Of a stretch of 52,530 bases of DNA, positions 9,696-17,522 are shown piece by piece. This stretch comes from a virus (lineage: Duplodnaviria; Caudoviricetes), in IMG/VR virus record IMGVR_UViG_3300032325_000423, positions 1-52,530 of that record, one strand, 5' to 3'. Each line of letters starts with the position of its first letter. The first letter of the stretch is position 1. Made by a program: the position numbers and the translations under genes. A model generated the notes under the pieces. That model was not told the DNA's origin, ran no database searches, and saw only the letters and a program-made list of their open reading frames with translations.

Positions 9696-9777
9696 CGTAA
9701 GTCGTTGGTATCAAATAACTTAGATTAAAATCGGCCGCCCCGGCTTGTCGTAAGTCCTTTGGCAGTAAGGGTTTACG
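9696..9777. repeat. 82-bp element A, copy 1
   Basis: CGTAAGTCGTT-N7-AATAACTTAGA, 24-bp linker, CGTAAGTCCTT-N7-AAGGGTTTACG. Confidence 0.9.
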
Positions 9778-9794
9778 TCAAGTCTCTTAGGGGT

Positions 9795-9830
9795 AAAAAA
9801 GAACCGCCACCCATTGCTGAGTGGCGGCTC
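9795..9830 (-). terminator. rho-independent terminator
   Basis: Minus strand GAGCCGCCACTCA-GCAA-TGGGTGGCGGTTC-TTTTTT downstream of DUF932 gene. Confidence 0.8.
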
Positions 9831-9854
9831 CCGTTCAACCCCCACGCCGAGGGA

Positions 9855-10805
9855 TTAGAGTGCCTGAGCGAACTGCATGGCCTTTTCCAAAGCCTTGGCG
9901 TTGTCGTTCGCGTTCAGTCCGAACCACAGGCTGTCGAGCCGATTATCTTCGGTGCGACCCTTGTTGTAATTCAGATACTCGTTGTAGCCGTTGTACGCGG
10001 CCCACCACGTTCCGCGAACACCCGTTGCACTCTGCTTCGGGCCTTCGACCAGAGTCAGAATCTCGTCCATGATGTTTCTGGTACGAGTCTTGATCTGATC
10101 ATCCGGTGTACCGTCGATGTCGAGCATCACCTTGACATAGCGACGAACGTCGGCCTGATTGAAGTTCTTCGACGCGAGGAACTTGAACTGTTCCGCAGTC
10201 GCCTCAAACTCCATATTAATGTTGTCCATAATGTCTCGCACGTTTTCCAGATTGGTCTTGCTGGAGCGTGTGTGACGAATACGAATCAACTTGGAACCAC
10301 TGCCCTTGCTATGAGCCATCGCCATAGTGTTGGCACACACAACGCGGATCGGCGTATAGCCAACCCGGATAGCGGTCGTGCCATCGTGCGAGTTGCTGAG
10401 AAGAATAAACTTCCCAACCTCGTCACCCTTCACGATCTCGCTATTGTCGCGGTTCAGTTGGGCCAGAACCCAAACCTTCTGACCGCTGTGGAGCGAACCG
10501 GCAGTATGCAACGCACACTCGCCAGCGTCCAGAAACGGCTGGAACCAATCGAACGCTTCGCTGTTTTGCAGCGGAGTGTATCGCGGGCCGACAACGCCCA
10601 GAATACTATCGTCGGTCTTGCGATAGGTCGCACGGGCCGGAACAGGCTGGCCGTCCACCGTGACCAGATCCTTCAAGCCAACTTCCCAATCCAGACCGGC
10701 AGCGGTCATCGCTTCCGAAACCGTGGGAGCTTCGTCAAGCTGGTTCCCAAGGCCGTGCCACGGGGTCGCACCAACAAACATCATCTGTTCAACTGCATGA
10801 GCCAT
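9855..10805 (-). CDS. DUF932 / TIGR03299-type phage/plasmid protein
   Basis: N-terminus MAHAVEQMMFVGATPWHGLG, LLSNSHDGT and TPIRVVCANT motifs; AAAGGGA RBS; start reassigned downstream of promoter. Confidence 0.88.
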   Translation of the reverse strand: MAHAVEQMMFVGATPWHGLGNQLDEAPTVSEAMTAAGLDWEVGLKDLVTVDGQPVPARATYRKTDDSILGVVGPRYTPLQNSEAFDWFQPFLDAGECALHTAGSLHSGQKVWVLAQLNRDNSEIVKGDEVGKFILLSNSHDGTTAIRVGYTPIRVVCANTMAMAHSKGSGSKLIRIRHTRSSKTNLENVRDIMDNINMEFEATAEQFKFLASKNFNQADVRRYVKVMLDIDGTPDDQIKTRTRNIMDEILTLVEGPKQSATGVRGTWWAAYNGYNEYLNYNKGRTEDNRLDSLWFGLNANDNAKALEKAMQFAQAL

Positions 10806-10849
10806 AATCATCCCTTTCGTGTTGCTGTTCAATCGTTCTTCGTTCACTG

Positions 10850-10878
10850 ATTCTACACTATATTATCGGCAGTGTCAA
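10850..10878 (-). promoter_or_regulatory. sigma70-type early promoter with CCGATA spacer motif
   Basis: TTGACA-ctgccgataatatagtg-TAGAAT. Confidence 0.8.
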
Positions 10879-10906
10879 GCGAAAACTTTGGAAAAATTCC
10901 GCAGCT

Positions 10907-10988
10907 CGTAAGTTGTTGCCACATAAGGACTTACGGCTCGCGGGGGCGCCCGGCTTTGCCCTAAGTCTTTGGCTGGTAAGGGTTTAGG
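10907..10988. repeat. 82-bp element A, copy 2
   Basis: CGTAAGTTGTT-N7-AAGGACTTACG, 24-bp GC linker, CCTAAGTCTTT-N7-AAGGGTTTAGG. Confidence 0.9.
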
Positions 10989-11467
10989 ATGATCGTCCCG
11001 AACTGCTTCTCGAAAAGTTTAGAATCTGTAGAAGCATTGAAAGCACACTCTTCACCAAGGTAGAAGTATGCTCCGATACACTTTGCTCTTGGAGTATCAT
11101 CAGAAATACTACCAATAATATGTTTAAGAGTATCTCCAGAACAAATCAAATCATCCACAATAACATATCGTGATGGAGAAACTCCCTCAAGAAAGAATTC
11201 GCTGTATCGTTTTTCAAATTTACGAACAACAATAATATTCTTATTTAGAATCTCTGCAATCTGTGGCACTACCATCAAACCACTAACACCACAACAAGCA
11301 ATACTATCAAAATCTTGTTCAATCTTACGCAGAGAACAGATAGCTTTGATAATCACACTATTTCTATACTTGTGATTTAATACTCTGCTAGTGTGAGCAG
11401 CCCCTTGAATGATCTTACCATCTGGGGTGCGTCGGAAATCATCAAGCTCTTGCTGGAAAGCGTTCAT
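10961..11467 (-). CDS. type I phosphoribosyltransferase-like protein
   Basis: PRPP-binding motif YVIVDDLICSGDT; stop lies inside repeat A2. Confidence 0.8.
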   Translation of the reverse strand: MNAFQQELDDFRRTPDGKIIQGAAHTSRVLNHKYRNSVIIKAICSLRKIEQDFDSIACCGVSGLMVVPQIAEILNKNIIVVRKFEKRYSEFFLEGVSPSRYVIVDDLICSGDTLKHIIGSISDDTPRAKCIGAYFYLGEECAFNASTDSKLFEKQFGTIILNPYQPKT

Positions 11468-11469
11468 AA

Positions 11470-11551
11470 AGTGTGTGGTTGGATTTGAACCAACGGCCCG
11501 TTACAAGAAAGGATAATATATTAGGGTCTAGTCCCACCTAGAAGCACACAC
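11470..11551 (-). ncRNA. tRNA-like RNA with aberrant anticodon arm
   Basis: Acceptor GTGTGTG/CACACAC, T-arm GTTGG-TTCAAAT-CCAAC, stem TCTAG/CTAGA, but 24-nt loop in place of anticodon loop. Confidence 0.6.
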
Positions 11552-11556
11552 AAGGA

Positions 11557-11730
11557 CTATTCGTTTTCTTCTTCAAGACTTGAATAGTAATTCTTACCAT
11601 AAGACGGAACCTCATCATCCTCTTCTGCATCTTGCATCCAAGGCTCTTCGTCCAGACCAAGATCCTCGGTATTTTCTACCAATTCATCATAGTCATAATC
11701 GTATCCGTCATAATGATCTTCATATCTCAT
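11557..11730 (-). CDS. small acidic protein
   Basis: Manual translation MRYEDHYDGYDYDYDELVENTEDLGLDEEPW...; GGGAG RBS, promoter at 11755-11782. Confidence 0.65.
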   Translation of the reverse strand: MRYEDHYDGYDYDYDELVENTEDLGLDEEPWMQDAEEDDEVPSYGKNYYSSLEEENE

Positions 11731-11778
11731 ATTTTTACTCCCTTTCTTACCTCTATTCTACACCAATCGGCCAAGTTG

Positions 11779-12192
11779 TCAAGACCCCAAAACTTTGTTT
11801 ATCTCAAAATCACAAGCCATACGAACATTGGCGGTCTGGTTATTTTTTGCCTTAGTTTTTCTTAGGTTTAACCTATTCTTATTTTTCATAAGAACGTCAG
11901 AACCTACTAAATATACCTTACCATCTTCTAGATCATATATCCCAAAATAATCAAACATTTCAGGTTGATAAGCAAAAGAATAATTAGGACCAGTCTTCTT
12001 TAAATGAAGATGGATGCAATTATCTGTTGGAGTTATAGCCTTTGCTTGTATTCTTAGAATCTTACCATCTTTTTCAGCTAGAATATCTATCTTAGATATA
12101 TCCCCTTCTTCCGTAAAGACAGAGTATCCTAACTTAGTTAACTCTAGACCAACCGCGAATTGGCCTATATTGCCTTTTCTTTTGCTGTGCAT
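11779..12192 (-). CDS. PD-(D/E)XK endonuclease (group I intron-associated/homing type)
   Basis: G.IGQ..V...L...GY.V....D...D.L......RIQAK motif. Confidence 0.8.
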   Translation of the reverse strand: MHSKRKGNIGQFAVGLELTKLGYSVFTEEGDISKIDILAEKDGKILRIQAKAITPTDNCIHLHLKKTGPNYSFAYQPEMFDYFGIYDLEDGKVYLVGSDVLMKNKNRLNLRKTKAKNNQTANVRMACDFEINKVLGS

Positions 12193-12244
12193 ATCGAACT
12201 CCTTGAGTAGTAGATTAGTAGTATACTACTCTATCATACACCAG

Positions 12245-12317
12245 TGCGCCCCCTGGGAATCGAACCCAGAACCCCAAAATTAAAAGTTTCGTGCTCTGCC
12301 AATTGAGCTAGAGGCGC
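12245..12317 (-). tRNA. tRNA-Lys(TTT)
   Basis: Cloverleaf, loop CT-TTT-AA. Confidence 0.9.
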
Positions 12318-12323
12318 ATCAAC

Positions 12324-12503
12324 CTATTCGGCGTTTACAGTAATTTCCTCATAAGAATAACTTTGAATATTCTCGGTTGTAAAATCATACAACTTATCAA
12401 ATACATCAGCCCAATCAAAATCCTCTTGCATGGATAGCTGAATGTCGGCCAGAGATTTACCATCCTCGGTCAGAATATCATAGATGCGCAGGTTCTTCAT
12501 CAT
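12324..12503 (-). CDS. hypothetical acidic protein
   Basis: ORF track; start MMKNL after AAGGA; promoter 12523-12551. Confidence 0.6.
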   Translation of the reverse strand: MMKNLRIYDILTEDGKSLADIQLSMQEDFDWADVFDKLYDFTTENIQSYSYEEITVNAE

Positions 12504-12573
12504 TTTCCTTTCTTGTTCCAACAGTCTACCATACCAATATCGTCCTGTCAAGAGCCAAAACTTGAAGATTTGT

Positions 12574-12618
12574 GCTGACTATCGCCAAGACTACCAAATC
12601 CGCAGGATTAGCAGAAAC
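12574..12618. repeat. 45-bp repeat family B, copy 6
   Basis: GCTGACTA-N12-CCAAATCCG-N5-TTAGCAGAAAC. Confidence 0.8.
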
Positions 12619-12621
12619 AAA

Positions 12622-12693
12622 TGACCCCACGGAGAATCGAACTCCGATCTCCACCGTGAAAGGGTGGCGTACTAGCCGTTATACAATGGGGCC
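12622..12693 (-). tRNA. tRNA-Glu(TTC)
   Basis: Cloverleaf, CCACC-CT-TTC-AC-GGTGG. Confidence 0.92.
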
Positions 12694-12696
12694 AAG

Positions 12697-12767
12697 CAAA
12701 GGAGGAGGGAATCGAACCCCCATCTACGGTTTTGGAGACCGTCATTCTACCGTTGAACTACTCCAAT
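12697..12767 (-). tRNA. tRNA-Trp(CCA), mismatched acceptor stem
   Basis: ACGGT-CT-CCA-AA-ACCGT; acceptor ATTGGAG/CTCCTTT has two U-U pairs. Confidence 0.75.
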
Positions 12768-12848
12768 GTCTCGCAACTCAAACATCAGCCTCCGATTAGC
12801 AATCATACACTCATTATCGGCAGTTGTCAAGAACAAACTTTAGAAAAT

Positions 12849-12930
12849 TCTAAGTCGTTATGCAGCAAGCACTTACGTCGAACGCGGCCCGCCGGATTTG
12901 TTCTAAGTCTTTATATACCAACAACTTAGT
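12849..12930. repeat. 82-bp element A, copy 3
   Basis: 29+24+29 architecture, inside tRNA cluster. Confidence 0.9.
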
Positions 12931-13011
12931 GGTAGATGCTGGATTCGAACCAGCGAAGGCAATGCCAGCAGATTTACAGTCTGCCCTCGTTGTCCACTTG
13001 AGTAATCTACC
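12930..13011 (-). tRNA. tRNA-Tyr(GTA)
   Basis: GCAGA-CT-GTA-AA-TCTGC, long variable arm. Confidence 0.92.
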
Positions 13012-13014
13012 GAG

Positions 13015-13101
13015 CGGAAGAAGTAGGATTCGAACCCACGGAAGTTTTTACGCTTCTTCTGATTAGTAATCAGATGCATTAGACCACTCTGCCATTCTTC
13101 C
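13015..13101 (-). tRNA. tRNA-Ser(ACT)
   Basis: GGAAGAA acceptor, G discriminator, long variable arm, TCTGA-TT-ACT-AA-TCAGA. Confidence 0.85.
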
Positions 13102-13105
13102 TAAG

Positions 13106-13177
13106 CTGTCCGACTAGGATTCGAACCTAGAACCAAGCGGTTAACAGCCGCCTACTCTACCGTTGAGCTATCGGACA
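13106..13177 (-). tRNA. tRNA-Asn(GTT)
   Basis: GGCGG-CT-GTT-AA-CCGCT. Confidence 0.92.
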
Positions 13178-13187
13178 ATATCTACAA

Positions 13188-13258
13188 TTCCGGGGCTAGG
13201 ATTCGAACCCAGACAAAGAGAACCAAAATCTCTGGTGCTACCGTTACACTACCCCGGA
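13188..13258 (-). tRNA. tRNA-Gln(TTG)
   Basis: AGAGA-TT-TTG-GT-TCTCT. Confidence 0.9.
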
Positions 13259-13259
13259 G

Positions 13260-13331
13260 AGCCGACGAAAGGATTTGAACCTTCAACCTATTGATTACAA
13301 ATCAATTGCACTACCGTTGTGCTACATCGGC
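13260..13331 (-). tRNA. tRNA-Thr(TGT)
   Basis: ATTGA-TT-TGT-AA-TCAAT. Confidence 0.92.
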
Positions 13332-13381
13332 AATCAAAGTATTATAGTCAATAGTCTCCGTTGTCGCAAGCCCTGCGATTT

Positions 13382-13741
13382 TCAGCGGATCGGGTTCGCT
13401 GACGCTTGGGGCGATTGTCCATAACGGTGTGACGATGTTCCTTGTGACCCGTAGGAACCTGCCACTGCGGTCGCACCTTGATTTTGATATGGTTGCGGCG
13501 TGGTCTCATATCGTCGTTGTTGTGGAGCGTAATCATGCCATTGTCCATTTTCGTGTAGGTAAAAAACTTTGTCAACATTAGGATCGTAAGCCATCAGACA
13601 GTATTGTACCGGATAAACCACCTTTGTCAAGGCCTGTTTCTGAGGCATGGGAGGGAATTTTATATCACCTTTTTGATAATCTTTGATTCCCGTATACGCC
13701 AGACCCAAAATCGTAATCACAATCCCAACCCACTGGATCAT
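13382..13741 (-). CDS. hypothetical membrane-anchored protein
   Basis: ORF track; start MIQWVGIV with TM helix. Confidence 0.6.
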   Translation of the reverse strand: MIQWVGIVITILGLAYTGIKDYQKGDIKFPPMPQKQALTKVVYPVQYCLMAYDPNVDKVFYLHENGQWHDYAPQQRRYETTPQPYQNQGATAVAGSYGSQGTSSHRYGQSPQASANPIR

Positions 13742-13831
13742 TCTCTCACCCCTTGTTGATTCTCGTCTCGTTCTCATATCTATATTATCGACCAATCCAG
13801 CGTAGAAACTTTAGAAGATTTTTGAATTTGC

Positions 13832-13913
13832 TCTAAAGTGTTGTGGGCTAAGGACTTACGTCAAAGCCGGGCGCCCCCGCTCGCCCTAAGTGCTTACGCA
13901 GTAAGGGTTTGCG
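13832..13913. repeat. 82-bp element A, copy 4
   Basis: 29+24+29 architecture. Confidence 0.9.
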
Positions 13914-13920
13914 GTTAGCC

Positions 13921-14151
13921 TCATTCCAAAGTCCATCCGGCATCTTTTAGAATATGGCTAGTGTGTAATACGCAAGTTAATCCATCAGCATTTGTATAGT
14001 CTTTATAACTACGCTCATCAAGATAGATATACTCATCTAGCGTATCATTTTCATTTGTTTCCCAGATAGCATCCATCGCAGCGTCCCTTGGACATTTGTT
14101 ACAAGAATAAATTAGTTCTAGAGTTCCAGATTTTACATAATATTTTGCCAT
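13921..14151 (-). CDS. hypothetical protein
   Basis: Start MAKYYVKSG after GGGGA RBS. Confidence 0.65.
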   Translation of the reverse strand: MAKYYVKSGTLELIYSCNKCPRDAAMDAIWETNENDTLDEYIYLDERSYKDYTNADGLTCVLHTSHILKDAGWTLE

Positions 14152-14155
14152 ATGA

Positions 14156-14725
14156 TTATCCCCTGTCTCTAAATTGTTTGCAGTGAGCACAATTACATTC
14201 TCCATATCCACCATCATAAGCATCGTAATCGTAATCAAACTTACCATAAATATCTTCATCCCAATCACTAAAACTCTCAACCCCAAGGTCGATCACAACC
14301 GGAACCCATGATCCTTTGCGTCGAACATAACCAAAATTACCTTTGTGAGAGTCATTATACTCTAAGCCATTTTCACCCAAATCATAAACTAGCTCAGAGA
14401 TAGTAGTCCCGTTCTTACATTCGCTCTGAAAACATTCACCATCACAATCTTCGTCATGGCACTCTGGCATAGTACGAGCCACTTCGGTCAAATAACCATG
14501 AGCAGTCAACTCACCATCATACCTACGAATCATACCAACATCCCCATATACCATAGGGGCCAAATCAAACTGTGCTAAATGAGACTGAACACGATGGGCA
14601 AACTTAGCCTCTTGCTCATTCTCAAACTCTTTAAAACCCACCCGCTTACGGTTAATCTTTTTGTCTTTGATAATATAGAAAGCATTTTTACTTCCTGCAT
14701 CATCATACAATCCAACGTAGCTCAT
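14156..14725 (-). CDS. protein-kinase-like fold protein
   Basis: Lys in VGFKEF, catalytic-loop-like YNDSHKGNFG, DFG-like VIDLG. Confidence 0.6.
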   Translation of the reverse strand: MSYVGLYDDAGSKNAFYIIKDKKINRKRVGFKEFENEQEAKFAHRVQSHLAQFDLAPMVYGDVGMIRRYDGELTAHGYLTEVARTMPECHDEDCDGECFQSECKNGTTISELVYDLGENGLEYNDSHKGNFGYVRRKGSWVPVVIDLGVESFSDWDEDIYGKFDYDYDAYDGGYGECNCAHCKQFRDRG

Positions 14726-14736
14726 TTTTATTCCTT

Positions 14737-15441
14737 TCAATGGGCTGGAAACAAGACATTAGCCAAACCACGAACACACAAGTCACATGATATACTATCT
14801 TTAGTGCCGGTGCAAGTGATTTCCGAACGACCACGACGGATTTCGGGACATACCACAAACTTTGTAGCATTGAGAACCACTAGCTTCGGCAGTGCTTGTC
14901 GCCATGCTTCGGCTTTTGCTTTGCTCTTAGGACGCTTCGGAGCAATCTTCATATCGCTGTCACACCATGCGAACAGCTTGAAACCCTGTGCCAGTGCTTC
15001 GCCCATATCGTTATCATCATGCACACTAGCGTACACATTCATATACTTTTCCAGACTCACAAGCCGAGAATCGTAGATATGAGTATAAAACCACATATCG
15101 GGCAACGTATCACCATCGGCAAGAATACTCTCACAAGCCCACGTTACATTAGCAACATAGTCTAGGTCAAGCTCACCATTGAGAAACCAGTCTCCACGCT
15201 CATGCCAACGGATAGACTTCTCACGACGCTTTGCTTCCAGAATCATAGCACGGATTTTATTCTTTTCCGTTATGACATTAGCAAAACCGGCAGTACGGGC
15301 ATTTTTATACTGATTTTCAGTAGCTTCGGCATAGCAGCCGTTTCCAAGGTAGTCGCAATCGGGCGGGCAAGTATCGCCAACTGGACGCGAAACCACAATG
15401 CAACCCTTACCCAACTTATCATTACCGTCAGCAGTTTTCAT
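14737..15441 (-). CDS. phage gp88-like Cys-rich protein
   Basis: TCPPDC..CYA, IRWHERGDW, WFYTH, CP...C..C pattern. Confidence 0.65.
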   Translation of the reverse strand: MKTADGNDKLGKGCIVVSRPVGDTCPPDCDYLGNGCYAEATENQYKNARTAGFANVITEKNKIRAMILEAKRREKSIRWHERGDWFLNGELDLDYVANVTWACESILADGDTLPDMWFYTHIYDSRLVSLEKYMNVYASVHDDNDMGEALAQGFKLFAWCDSDMKIAPKRPKSKAKAEAWRQALPKLVVLNATKFVVCPEIRRGRSEITCTGTKDSISCDLCVRGLANVLFPAH

Positions 15442-15462
15442 GTTCTTCTCCTGTGTCTACCG

Positions 15463-15491
15463 ATTCTACACTATAGTATCGGCATAGTCAA
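15463..15491 (-). promoter_or_regulatory. sigma70-type early promoter
   Basis: TTGACT-N17 (contains CCGATA)-TAGAAT. Confidence 0.75.
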
Positions 15492-15519
15492 GCGAAAAAC
15501 TTCAAAAAATTATTCTTGA

Positions 15520-15601
15520 TGCAAGTTGTTGTGGCATAAGGACTTACGACGACCCCGGCCCGCCGCATTTGCCCTAAGTCCTTTGTTTTCAAGCAGTTAC
15601 G
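15520..15601. repeat. 82-bp element A, copy 5
   Basis: 29+24+29 architecture. Confidence 0.9.
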
Positions 15602-15646
15602 GTGTATCTAAGGATAGAATCCGAAGTTTTATCCACTGGAGGCTAT

Positions 15647-16006
15647 ATGCAAACCTGTCCTAAATGTAATCAAACTAAAACAGCTAAACATTTTTACACT
15701 CGTCCAGCAAGAAATGGTAAAAAATTTTCCTACTGTAAAGATTGCAATAAGCAAAATGTCATCGATAGAAAACGACAGTTTAAACTGAAATGCCTAGAGT
15801 ATAAAGGTTCTCAATGTTCTAAATGCGGATATGATAAATGTCCGGCAGCACTAGAATTTCATCATATCAATCCATCCACTAAAGACTTTATTCCAAGTCA
15901 CTATAGTAATACTTCTTGGGATAAGAATAAAGATAAGGTAATGAAAGAGTTAGATAAATGTATTGTTCTTTGTGCGAATTGTCACAGAGAAGAACATTTC
16001 AAATAA
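15647..16006 (+). CDS. HNH endonuclease with N-terminal Zn finger
   Basis: CPKC..CKDC, CSKCGY..ALEFHH..KCIVLCANCHREEH; GGAGG RBS; only convincing plus-strand gene in the cassette region. Confidence 0.88.
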   Translation: MQTCPKCNQTKTAKHFYTRPARNGKKFSYCKDCNKQNVIDRKRQFKLKCLEYKGSQCSKCGYDKCPAALEFHHINPSTKDFIPSHYSNTSWDKNKDKVMKELDKCIVLCANCHREEHFK

Positions 16007-16080
16007 TACTCGCGGAGGGACTCGAACCCCCAACCTAACGGGTAGAAACCGTTGGCTCTATCCAATTGAGCTACGCGAGC
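16007..16080 (-). tRNA. tRNA-Arg(TCT)
   Basis: AACGG-TT-TCT-AC-CCGTT. Confidence 0.92.
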
Positions 16081-16170
16081 ATAGACTTATTATAGTCAGT
16101 CCTAGTCAATACTGCAAGCCCCAACGGCGTCCCGTGGAGGCTCGCAGCCATTATGACTCCTTACAGTCGA

Positions 16171-16428
16171 TCACGCAACCGCTTCGGCAGTTTCCTTTTC
16201 AACCTTACCATCATGGGCATCACCAGCCTGTTCGGCTGTCACACCCGTAACCCTCGCACGCCACACCTTATAGCCTTGCTCACTAAACGCCTTGACCTCA
16301 CCAGCCTTAACATTCGCATGAACATCGCCAGGAAGGCTACCGCTCAGGCACTCACGAATCGAATCAACCACCGAGTCACGATCAAGCTCATCAGCCACAA
16401 CGTCAACAGCAAAAGTAAACTTCTTCAT
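16171..16428 (-). CDS. hypothetical protein
   Basis: GGAGA RBS; promoter 16475-16503. Confidence 0.7.
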   Translation of the reverse strand: MKKFTFAVDVVADELDRDSVVDSIRECLSGSLPGDVHANVKAGEVKAFSEQGYKVWRARVTGVTAEQAGDAHDGKVEKETAEAVA

Positions 16429-16631
16429 CTTATCTTCTCCAAAATTGTTATAGTTTCCAAATCGTTCTAGTACCAGTATACGCTACTGTTACCCACTTGT
16501 CAAGTCCGTCGTGATGGTTTTTCTTGTTGGCATCGTCGCGGGGTCTTGACTTGTGATACTCTCATTCTACAGTATAGTATCGTCATTGTCAAGGGGGAAC
16601 TTGAGTGAGCCTCAAAGATTTTTGATTTTGT

Positions 16632-16713
16632 CCTAAGTTGTTTGCTGATAAGGACTTACGTCAAATTTTGCCGCCCCGCCTCGCCCTAAGTTCTTTAGGG
16701 ACAAGGCTTTAGG
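16632..16713. repeat. 82-bp element A, copy 6
   Basis: 29+24+29; upstream gene's stop codon directly abuts (16714). Confidence 0.9.
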
Positions 16714-17088
16714 TCATGAGAGAAAACCCTCACAACCCAAGGTGGTCAGATCACGAAGCAAAGCCTCTGCCGCTTCCGGCGTTTTCAGAGTCATGCTCTG
16801 TTTGGCCCCGGACTTGGCAGGAACGAACTTGTCGTAATGCCAGCCTCCAACCAGATAATCACTCCAATCCTTGGCCTCTTTGAGACCCCATCCGGTGTGC
16901 TGTCGAATAGCCTTGATTGCATGAATACGATTGTCCAGAGTCAAACCTCCAGTGATCGTTACCATACGACGCTGGTTCACACCCAGTGCCACCTCCAACG
17001 CACACACAATCTTTTCAAACATATCCAGATTGCAACCATTCGACACCATGTTCAAAGCTTCGCGAACGCTCATCTCAACCTTAATCAT
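16714..17088 (-). CDS. ribosomal protein bL12 (L7/L12) C-terminal domain-containing protein
   Basis: RIHAIKAIRQHTGWGLKEAKD and AEALLRDLTTLG match bL12 CTD pattern; GGAGG RBS. Confidence 0.75.
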   Translation of the reverse strand: MIKVEMSVREALNMVSNGCNLDMFEKIVCALEVALGVNQRRMVTITGGLTLDNRIHAIKAIRQHTGWGLKEAKDWSDYLVGGWHYDKFVPAKSGAKQSMTLKTPEAAEALLRDLTTLGCEGFLS

Positions 17089-17498
17089 TCTCTTTCCTCC
17101 AAAATGTAGACTTGTCGATCTTGTGTTATCAGCGTGGCATACTGGGAATCGTCCCAAGCAAATTCGCCACAATCACTTTCCCTACGCCACTGTGGGTCAC
17201 GAATGGGATTATAGTACAGCTTTTCAAGATTGTCAATACCAATCTCATTATTTATTTGAACCTCTTCACACTTTACCCACCCACTAACATCCTTCTTGCC
17301 AGCCTTATGAACCTTCTTAGCTTTTTTCAGGTTGTTGACCAGCTTACACCCAATCATCACCAACTGATAATGGCCCGGATTGTAGTAATATTCATCGACC
17401 TTTTTCCTTCCTTGCATCACCTTAATCTGCCAATGTCGAAAATGCTCACCCTTACCCAGATGAAATCGCACTTCAGCATGGAGTTTAACAGCTTTCAT
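17085..17498 (-). CDS. conserved phage hypothetical protein
   Basis: ORF track; VRFHLGKGEHFRHWQIK. Confidence 0.7.
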   Translation of the reverse strand: MKAVKLHAEVRFHLGKGEHFRHWQIKVMQGRKKVDEYYYNPGHYQLVMIGCKLVNNLKKAKKVHKAGKKDVSGWVKCEEVQINNEIGIDNLEKLYYNPIRDPQWRRESDCGEFAWDDSQYATLITQDRQVYILEERE

Positions 17499-17522
17499 TT
17501 TCTTTTCTCTTGCTTAAATGAT

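Noticed and set aside
9759-10850. 363-aa plus-strand ORF
   Set aside because: Antisense shadow of the GC-rich DUF932 gene; no RBS or recognisable motifs
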